A stretch of 64,000 nucleotides of DNA, from positions 1 through 64,000 of the IMG/VR virus record IMGVR_UViG_3300032268_000986. The stretch is one strand, 5' to 3'. This document shows, piece after piece, positions 1-6,783 of the stretch. Below the pieces are notes generated by a model that ran no database searches, was not told where the DNA came from, and was given only the letters and a program-made list of their open reading frames with translations. The position numbers and the translations under genes were made by a program. Each line of letters begins with the position of its first letter. Within the stretch, counting starts at the first letter, position 1.

Positions 1-126
1 GGGTGCTGCTCCGCCACTGGGTGCTGCTCCGCCACTGGGTGCTGCTCCGCCACTGGGTGCTGCTCCGCCACTGGGTGCTGCTCCGCCACTGGGTGCTGCT
101 CCGCCACTGGGTGCTGCTCCGCCTCC
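1..126 (-). repeat. 18-nt tandem repeat (6 exact copies plus 1 variant, truncated by the window edge) encoding SGGAAP
   Basis: GGGTGCTGCTCCGCCACT units start at 1, 19, 37, 55, 73, 91 and 109; in frame with the minus-strand CDS. Confidence 0.95.
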
Positions 127-2493
127 AGCAGGTCTTGGTGCGGACGGAGCTGGTCTTGGCTGATTTTTTTCAATTCTTTCTTTAAGAACTTTGGCTTCTT
201 TTTCAAGTTCTTCGGTGCGTTTGGTTATTGTTTCGTTGACTCTCTTTAGAGACTCAATAGTGGCCTTGTCCCTAGTCTTGTCAAGTTTGGACAACTGATC
301 AGTGTTGGCTTTGAGATTTTCTCGCTGTCTGTTCAGCTGCTCATTTACTTTGTCTAATGCAGCCGTGTCTTTTTCTCGTTCTCGACGCTGATTATTTGCC
401 TCAAGGGCTGCTTGAGCGTTTGGACGTTCTCCGCCCATGCCTGCCCGAGACTGCGCTATCAAACTTTGTCTAGTTGCTTTGTCTTCGGCTGTTTTTGCTT
501 CGGCATCTTTTTTCTTAGCTTCTGCTGCCGCCGCTTCTCGTTGTGCCACAGCTACCTTGGCCGCTTCGGCTACCCGACCTTGTTCGGCCACAATGTCTTG
601 CAGACGACGTTGTTCTGCCATGGCCTCTGACAGTCTCAGGCGTGCTCTTTCGGCATCTTCCTGGGCTTTTTTACGTTCTTGTTCAGTGCCGGCTGAGTCA
701 ACCTTGGATGTGGCTGCACGTTCCTGTCTTTGCAGGCGTTGCACAGTTTGGTCAACACCAGCTGACCCGCCAACGCCTTGCAATTGATTCTTGGCTGCGT
801 CAGCTTTGCTTTGAGACTCTTTTAGTGCTTTGCGTTCGGCCTCCAGTGCTGCTTCAGCAGCTCTTTTAGCTTCTGCTGCGGCTGCACGTTCTGCGGCTGC
901 ACGTTCAGCTTCTTTCTTGGCTGCTGCTTCAGCGTCTGCTAGTTTTTGTTCTTGTTCAGTTTTCTCACGTGGTCCTATTCCCATGAATGACAACACTCGA
1001 CCCCAGAATCCCTTGGATTCATCTTTCACGCGGATCAATCCGTCGGCTGCTAAGTTGGCTTCCCTGGCCAACCTGGCCAACACGCCAGACGCTGCTTCGG
1101 ACGCTTGAGCTGCTGCCCTCATGCCTTTACGCAGTAATTCTTGCTCTTCCAGCATGGCATCTTGCTGGTTGACTATGGTCTGACTCTGTGCCCTAAGTGT
1201 TTCATCAGTTCCAAGCATTTGCTTGGCAGTTTCTTCACGAGCCTTGGCCATGCCAGCTGCAAATTTTCCATCCTTGAGCTCTTGTGCCTTGCGTTGTTCA
1301 GCATACGATCCAAATGTTTTGTCGTAGGCACCGGCTGCTGCCAAGGGCTGCATGTTCTTGTTGAAGGCAGCAACGTTGTTGTAAATGCTCTGTTGCGCAC
1401 GATCTATTTCCCCAGGAGCTTTTATTAACCCTTGCTTGACCATGTCAAACTGCTTGAGTGCATCACCTTGAGTTGCCAACAGCACTTGTCTTGCTTCTTC
1501 AGTGTTGGCAAAGCCTGACGCCAAATCAGTCATACCTTTCTGGAACTGCGGTCCCAGCTGGCCCGATGCTTGCACCATCACACGCAGATTTTCAGCTTCT
1601 TTAGTGCGTCCTTCGGCCACCAGCTGATCCAAGGTGGCAGCAAAACGCTGATTGCGCATGGCTTCTTCCATGGCTTTTTCTTGTTCTTTGCGCGAAATGC
1701 CAGTGACCTTGGTCAGTGCATCCTGCTCCATGATATACTTGCGGGCAGCTTCGGCTGTGGCTGCAAAGCCTTGTTCTTGCACACGAATAGCATTGCCCAA
1801 GCGAGTTTGCAACTTAATGTAACCCATGACAGCTTCGTTTTGCTGTTCGGCGTTGAGTCCCAGTCGCTCAAATTCAGCCCGCATGGGCTTCATGGTCTGA
1901 CGTAGATTTGCAAAGTCTGCTGACCCTTCAAACACTGTTCGGCCAAACAGGGCTAGATCTTGTGAACTTTCATTTACTAGACCTAGATACTTGTCCAGGT
2001 CTTGGAATCCAATGCCCAGCTTGTAGATGTCCTCGCCCAGTTGAGTGGTACCACCAGCTGCAACTGCACCAGATTTGGCTAGATCTTGAAAGCCTTTGTA
2101 CAGGGCATCGCCCTGTATGTTGACTTGTTTGAGTGCTTCGGCAGCAAATCCAATGGCCTTGCCTAGAGCCATGAGTGCTACTTTTACTGCAACACCACCG
2201 GGTATAATGGCCATGAGCATGGTGGTGGCCGACTGTGCAGCCCCGGCCATGCTGTCAATGCTGCTGTTGAACGCTGAGGCACCCTTTTGACCGTCGTACA
2301 TGGCCTTGGCCATTTTGCCAGCTGCATCCACCACTTGTGTGGGCGCCTTGCGCATGGCAGCCGAGAATCCTTCCACTCCCACAGTGGCATCTCGCAGGGC
2401 ATCGGCTGTGCTGCCGCTGAGACGCCCAAATCTTTCTAGTTCGTAGTTTACTTGTTCTGTTATCTCTGCCAGGCGGGGATTTTGATCTGCCAT
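1..2493 (-). CDS. Tape-measure-like tail protein (5' part; runs off the left edge of the window)
   Basis: ATG at 2493 begins MADQNPRLAEITEQVNYELERFGRLSGSTADALRDATVGVEGFSAAMRK...; the SGGAAP repeat at 1-126 lies in the same frame. Ala/Lys/Glu/Gln-rich helical composition, perfect TATAAATA upstream, adjacent to hub chaperone genes. Missing from the ORF track, presumably because no stop lies in the window; not every codon was checked. Confidence 0.75.
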   Translation of the reverse strand, partial: MADQNPRLAEITEQVNYELERFGRLSGSTADALRDATVGVEGFSAAMRKAPTQVVDAAGKMAKAMYDGQKGASAFNSSIDSMAGAAQSATTMLMAIIPGGVAVKVALMALGKAIGFAAEALKQVNIQGDALYKGFQDLAKSGAVAAGGTTQLGEDIYKLGIGFQDLDKYLGLVNESSQDLALFGRTVFEGSADFANLRQTMKPMRAEFERLGLNAEQQNEAVMGYIKLQTRLGNAIRVQEQGFAATAEAARKYIMEQDALTKVTGISRKEQEKAMEEAMRNQRFAATLDQLVAEGRTKEAENLRVMVQASGQLGPQFQKGMTDLASGFANTEEARQVLLATQGDALKQFDMVKQGLIKAPGEIDRAQQSIYNNVAAFNKNMQPLAAAGAYDKTFGSYAEQRKAQELKDGKFAAGMAKAREETAKQMLGTDETLRAQSQTIVNQQDAMLEEQELLRKGMRAAAQASEAASGVLARLAREANLAADGLIRVKDESKGFWGRVLSFMGIGPREKTEQEQKLADAEAAAKKEAERAAAERAAAAEAKRAAEAALEAERKALKESQSKADAAKNQLQGVGGSAGVDQTVQRLQRQERAATSKVDSAGTEQERKKAQEDAERARLRLSEAMAEQRRLQDIVAEQGRVAEAAKVAVAQREAAAAEAKKKDAEAKTAEDKATRQSLIAQSRAGMGGERPNAQAALEANNQRREREKDTAALDKVNEQLNRQRENLKANTDQLSKLDKTRDKATIESLKRVNETITKRTEELEKEAKVLKERIEKNQPRPAPSAPRPAGGGAAPSGGAAPSGGAAPSGGAAPSGGAAPSGGAAPSGGAAP

Positions 2494-2501
2494 GTTTTTG
2501 T

Positions 2502-2528
2502 ACCTATAAGTAGAGTATATTTATAGGT
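2502..2528. promoter_or_regulatory. Divergent pair of T4-type late promoters
   Basis: TATAAATA on the minus strand (2518-2525) and TATAAGTA on the plus strand (2505-2512), within an ACCTATAA/TTATAGGT inverted repeat between divergent structural genes. Confidence 0.7.
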
Positions 2529-2533
2529 GATCT

Positions 2534-3376
2534 ATGACCCCAAATGCTAACCCTTTGAACCAGTATTTTCGACAACCTGCAATTCACTTGCGTCTGCCAT
2601 CTGCTGGCAAATTCTGGCCTGATGAAGCTATTAGACGCACTGCCACCAATGAACTGCCCATTTACCCCATGACTGCCATAGACGAAATTACCTATCGCAC
2701 ACCGGATGCACTGTTCAATGGTCAGGCCGTGGTTTCAGTTATTCAAAGCTGTTGTCCAGCAATTCAGGATGCCTGGCAAACTCCGTCAGTGGACATCAAC
2801 TCACTGCTGGTGGCCATTCGCTTGGCCAGCTATGGCCATGACATGGAGATCAACACCACTTGCCCAGCCTGCTCCAACGAAGACGAGTACACCCTGGATC
2901 TGCGCACTGTGTTGGACCAACAGGTTTGTCCCGACTATGATCAGAACTTGCAAATGGGTGACTTGGAAATTGTGTTCAAGCCCATGACCTACCAAGAGCA
3001 GAACAAGACCAATGCCCTGCAATTTGAAGAACAGCGCATACTGAACATGTTGCCCAACTCAGATATTGATCCTGAAGTCAAGCTCAACAAACTCAACGAA
3101 GTGCTGCGCAAGATCACTGAAGTCACCGTGGATGCACTCACCTACAACATTCAAACTGTGCGCACACCCACTGCCATTGTGTCTGAGCCTGAACACATTC
3201 GAGAATTCTTGCTGAACTGTGATCGACGAATGTTCAATGCTGTGCGAGATCGTGTGATCGAACTGCGTGAATTCTCGGAACTCAAGCCTGTGGCAATAAA
3301 ATGCAACAACTGTGAAAACCAGTATCAACAACCACTTACCTTGGACATGGCAAGTTTTTTCGAGCACGCCTCCTGA
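2534..3376 (+). CDS. gp26: Baseplate hub assembly protein, T4 gp26-like
   Basis: N-terminal NPLxxYFRQP..LPSxG, PMTAIDE, AIRLASYG motif, two CxxC pairs (CPAC, CNNC), C-terminal SFF. Confidence 0.75.
   Translation: MTPNANPLNQYFRQPAIHLRLPSAGKFWPDEAIRRTATNELPIYPMTAIDEITYRTPDALFNGQAVVSVIQSCCPAIQDAWQTPSVDINSLLVAIRLASYGHDMEINTTCPACSNEDEYTLDLRTVLDQQVCPDYDQNLQMGDLEIVFKPMTYQEQNKTNALQFEEQRILNMLPNSDIDPEVKLNKLNEVLRKITEVTVDALTYNIQTVRTPTAIVSEPEHIREFLLNCDRRMFNAVRDRVIELREFSELKPVAIKCNNCENQYQQPLTLDMASFFEHAS
3355..3361 (+). other. Candidate -1 ribosomal frameshift heptamer T TTT TTC
   Basis: In-frame X XXY YYZ just before the stop of the gp26-like gene; the -1 frame is open into the next ORF. Confidence 0.6.
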
Positions 3377-3414
3377 TTCTAAAACCGGAGGACATTTCCA
3401 GCTGGATTGAAGGC

Positions 3415-3591
3415 ATGGAAAAAGAGGCCGATAGCATACGTCGGGAGGCGCTGAAACAATCATGGTACATGCGTGGTGGTCTCAGTTATGAACAAGCACT
3501 AAATCTCAGCTACAACGAACGCCTCATGATCAATGAACTCATCAAGGAAAACCTTGATACTACTAAAAAATCAGGCCTGCCTTTCTTCTAA
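3415..3591 (+). CDS. Small baseplate hub assembly chaperone, gp51-like (58 aa; possibly the C-terminal part of a frameshift fusion)
   Basis: MEKEADSIRREALKQSWYMRGGLSYEQALNLSYNERLMINELIKENLDTTKKSGLPFF; below the ORF-track cutoff; position matches gp26-gp51 synteny. Confidence 0.7.
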   Translation: MEKEADSIRREALKQSWYMRGGLSYEQALNLSYNERLMINELIKENLDTTKKSGLPFF

Positions 3592-4094
3592 TGGACCTAG
3601 CTCAAGTCACCGCAGATATTGAACAGTGGATCACAGGATTCCTGGAAGTACCGCATCCAGCCCTGGGCGGATTCTCTCCTTGTCCCTATGCACGGGCCGC
3701 AAGAATAAAACGCAGTTTTGAAATATATCTTGGCAGTGATCCCTATTTTGATCTCAAGAATCGAGCACGTTGGGGCATGGGCAATTTAGAAGTTATCATT
3801 TATGTGTATGATCCCCAGGAGTGGAGTCATGACCTGTTTAGTTCCAGCATTGAATCAGCCAACCGTGAACACCTGGTGCGCCGTGACATGCTGGCTCTGG
3901 AAGACCATCCCACAGATGTGGAAATGGTCAACGGGGTATGCATGAATCAAGGCACCTATGCGCTGGCCCTGGTGCAGAGTCTCAGTGACCTTGACACCAA
4001 GGCTCGACTCATGGCCAGCCGGGGATTCTATCATGACTGGCCGGAAGAATATCTAACTGGCCTGTTTCGGCACAGACAGGATCCCAGAACATGA
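3591..4094 (+). CDS. Hypothetical protein, DUF1415-like (CPYA motif, EDHP)
   Basis: W..FL....L..FSPCPYAR motif; start overlaps the upstream stop. Confidence 0.55.
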   Translation: MDLAQVTADIEQWITGFLEVPHPALGGFSPCPYARAARIKRSFEIYLGSDPYFDLKNRARWGMGNLEVIIYVYDPQEWSHDLFSSSIESANREHLVRRDMLALEDHPTDVEMVNGVCMNQGTYALALVQSLSDLDTKARLMASRGFYHDWPEEYLTGLFRHRQDPRT

Positions 4095-4525
4095 CATACC
4101 AGTTTGCCAGAATTGATCTTGCCAAGACCAATTACGAAATAAAAGTCAAGTGGGAATACTTACGTGACCCAGACATTCCTCAGTTGAACAGCATCTACCG
4201 AGACTACTGCAAGTACAAGCATTTTGCCAGTGTCATGCCCATGTTTGACAGTCGTTACACTGACCCCATGACCGATGTCATAGGATATTACGATGCAGAT
4301 CGTCTGGTGGCATTTTCACTGATTCGACGCTACGATGACAAGCATGCTCTGTGCGACCAGTTTGCATGGAACTACAACAATCCACGACTGCGTTTGGGGA
4401 TTGAAACAATGAAAGCCGAGTGTGCTATCTACAAGGCACGGGGATTTGAATATCTGTATCTTGAACAAGCACACTTATACAAAGCCAGCATGGATGGCTT
4501 TGAAATACTAGGACCACTGGAGTAA
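4091..4525 (+). CDS. GNAT-fold protein resembling the C-terminal domain of arginyl/leucyl-tRNA-protein transferases (ATE_C/Bpt)
   Basis: GYYDADRLVAFS and RLGIETMKAECAIYKARGFEYLYL resemble the ATE C-terminal LG..S.L.EI..A...G..Y.YLG pattern. Confidence 0.55.
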   Translation: MTYQFARIDLAKTNYEIKVKWEYLRDPDIPQLNSIYRDYCKYKHFASVMPMFDSRYTDPMTDVIGYYDADRLVAFSLIRRYDDKHALCDQFAWNYNNPRLRLGIETMKAECAIYKARGFEYLYLEQAHLYKASMDGFEILGPLE

Positions 4526-4527
4526 TC

Positions 4528-4860
4528 ATGGATTTATACACAATTTGGGCAGACAAAGAAGGTGACATCTCAGACCTTGACTGGGTAAACGGAATGAAGA
4601 GTTTTTTTGATCACTTGGTATCCGAAGACCGCATGGTATCATACCGAATCACACGCTGCAAGATGGGATTTCGTAGCATAGCAGACATGCCGGAATGGAT
4701 GATACTCATGGAGTTTCGTGACATGGGACAAATGGATTCAGCATTTCGACGAGTAGCACCACTGGAAGGTGAACTGGAAGACAAACACCGATCATTCAAT
4801 CAGTTTGTGTCAGGCACAATTCAACATGCCTTGTTTAGAGATTGGCCAGATCAATTCTAA
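4528..4860 (+). CDS. DUF6614-like small alpha/beta-barrel protein
   Basis: MDLYTIW...YRITRCKMGF...EWMILMEFRDMGQMDSAF...ALFRDWPD; RBS GGAG upstream. Confidence 0.55.
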   Translation: MDLYTIWADKEGDISDLDWVNGMKSFFDHLVSEDRMVSYRITRCKMGFRSIADMPEWMILMEFRDMGQMDSAFRRVAPLEGELEDKHRSFNQFVSGTIQHALFRDWPDQF

Positions 4861-4869
4861 CACACTATC

Positions 4870-4934
4870 TAGATCTACTTCGTAGATCTATTGACTTCGC
4901 TTTGCTCGTCAATTACTTCTTCGAAGCAAAGCGA
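4870..4934. terminator. Hairpin cluster between convergent transcription units
   Basis: TAGATCTAC-TTC-GTAGATCTA (9-bp stem, 4870-4890) and CGCTTTGCT...AGCAAAGCG inverted repeat (4898-4933). Confidence 0.5.
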
Positions 4935-5320
4935 GAACTCAGTTATCATCTAGATTAAGCGGTCACACTTTGCCCGCACAGGGCAAAGATTGGCATCATC
5001 TGAGTAGCACAGCCACATAGCGTTACAACATTACAGAGGCGGTTGTCCGGTACCTCGAGTTGCGTCTTTATCACAACGGCAATTTGCACAACATACGCTA
5101 ACACATCGTACAAACCTGCTGCCCCACGGCAGCGTCTTTTTAGCTTTTAAGATTCTGTTCAAACAATCAAATCGCAGCATTTAGATAGCGATCGTCGTCC
5201 TGTCAAGGATAGTGATTGAGTACTTTTTGCAGCAAAAGATTTACCATCCCTGAGATCCGAGATCCAGGTTTAGGGCACACGAAGTTGACCTGTGCCAGTC
5301 GTAACTGCTTGATTAACTGC
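4935..5320 (-). ncRNA. Putative large structured non-coding RNA of unknown family, directly downstream of the GIY-YIG gene
   Basis: No long ORF; at least eight stems; G-U pairs form only on the minus strand; a loop is complementary to a downstream segment (possible pseudoknot). Confidence 0.6.
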
Positions 5321-5749
5321 CTAAATTTTGTTGATTATGTGACTGCCGTGTACACGAACTTGAATATGTCCGTTGTACCAGTCTCGTGATTCTAGCACTC
5401 TGCGTGAAAATTGTTCTCTTGCTTCGATATAGCTGCATTCTGATTTGGACTTGCAGTAATAAAGTATTTCTCGTTTGAAGTTGTCTTTGCCTTGTAGTTC
5501 CACATCCCGGGAGAGTTCTGGTGAGCTACCGTAGTAGTCGCGCCAATCACTATCCACCTTGGATCGAATCTTTTTCTTCTTCTTGCTGCCGTTTTTGAGT
5601 TTGACTGTGCGTTGAGATGTTTTAGAGAATTTTGCTAGTTTTTTGCCAATGTACATGCGACCTGTGGTGATGTTTGTGATTAGATACACAAAACCCACGC
5701 AGTCTTCGGGTAAAATATCAATTGCTTGATTGTTGTATAACCATGTCAT
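5321..5749 (-). CDS. Small GIY-YIG endonuclease (Seg-like catalytic domain, ~142 aa)
   Basis: GFVYLITN...MYIGKK, YYGSS, FKREIL, E-Q and terminal YN motifs; probable start MTWLY at 5749. Confidence 0.85.
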   Translation of the reverse strand: MTWLYNNQAIDILPEDCVGFVYLITNITTGRMYIGKKLAKFSKTSQRTVKLKNGSKKKKKIRSKVDSDWRDYYGSSPELSRDVELQGKDNFKREILYYCKSKSECSYIEAREQFSRRVLESRDWYNGHIQVRVHGSHIINKI

Positions 5750-5769
5750 AGAACATGTAGTTATCACTG

Positions 5770-6783
5770 CTACCACGAAGTTGCGTAATTTCTATCCACT
5801 ACCGAGCTTTTGCATTTTGTCTGACATTCCTGCCATTTAAATGTTTGAAACTCATTGGTCCAGTACGGATCTGCCAGTGCGTCTGTTAATGTTCTTGTGT
5901 TTAAATCAAAATTGTTTGAGATTTGCTGCCAGTCTGAATTGTGATTGTATCTGTTGGCCACCCAACAGCAGGGAAATAACCTGCCGCGAGCATCAATGTA
6001 CAATCCTTTGTTGCCTATTTTGCATAACGGAGTTACTCCGTTATGACTTGAAGTTTGATTGAATAGTTGTATGTTTGTGTTGGAAACAGGTTCTTCTGCT
6101 CCGTGTGCAGTAAATGCAGTTGTTTCACGTTCAAAACGATGTGTACTGCTGATATATTTCATGCTGGGTTGCAATGGATCGTCTACACCGTAAGATGGAT
6201 ACACACTGCCAAACTTGGTACTCTTGGTCAACTGAAAGCGATCAACACCCATTGACTGTGCAAACTCTTTCATGTGATCCAAGTGTTCTTCGTTGAACTT
6301 GAAAGCTATGGCAGCCCATACAATTTTGCAACGGCTTGATGCTCGTAGAGATGTCATGCCATTCACAATGCTATCATAGTCGCTGTTGACACGATACATG
6401 TTGTTGCTGGTGTTGTCATGCCCGTCTACACTAAAATGCACACTGTCATTGGAATCTAACACTGTTCCCAGTTCCGTCCACCAAGCGGTTTTCTTATGTG
6501 ACCCGTTGGTGACAACAACAATCTCTACAGGTCGGATGCTTTTGATGTGTTGGATAACCGGAATCAAGTCATGTGCATAGATGGGATCGCCATCGTCACC
6601 ACAGAATGTAATTTTTTCTACGTTGTCTTGTACAAATTCTGATGTGAAATTACGTTTGAAGAATTCCAAGTTCAGTTCTGTGTTGACCAGACTGTGGGGT
6701 ACTTCTTGTCGAGAACATCGGGGGCACCGCAAGGTACACTTGCTGGAAATCTCAATGTGAAAATGCCAAGTCGCTAGGGTCAT
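5770..6783 (-). CDS. Radical SAM protein with C-terminal SPASM/twitch domain
   Basis: CTLRCPRC, CGDDGDP, TNGS, and C-terminal C..GRLFPCC..CQTKC. Confidence 0.85.
   Translation of the reverse strand: MTLATWHFHIEISSKCTLRCPRCSRQEVPHSLVNTELNLEFFKRNFTSEFVQDNVEKITFCGDDGDPIYAHDLIPVIQHIKSIRPVEIVVVTNGSHKKTAWWTELGTVLDSNDSVHFSVDGHDNTSNNMYRVNSDYDSIVNGMTSLRASSRCKIVWAAIAFKFNEEHLDHMKEFAQSMGVDRFQLTKSTKFGSVYPSYGVDDPLQPSMKYISSTHRFERETTAFTAHGAEEPVSNTNIQLFNQTSSHNGVTPLCKIGNKGLYIDARGRLFPCCWVANRYNHNSDWQQISNNFDLNTRTLTDALADPYWTNEFQTFKWQECQTKCKSSVVDRNYATSW

Noticed and set aside
1-126. 18-nt repeat as a CRISPR array, or the plus-strand LLRHWV ORF
   Set aside because: There are no spacers, and the repeat is in frame as SGGAAP in the minus-strand gene; the plus-strand ORF is its shadow
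412-2429. Many short plus-strand ORFs in the track
   Set aside because: They are antisense shadows of the Ala-rich tape-measure-like gene
4861-5320. tRNA or tmRNA genes
   Set aside because: No T-arm GTTCRA in a cloverleaf context and no acceptor stem with CCA end was found
4935-5776. Group I intron carrying a GIY-YIG homing endonuclease
   Set aside because: No interrupted host gene flanks it (the neighbours are complete and convergent), and no P7-type conserved core could be recognised by eye; a covariance search is still advisable
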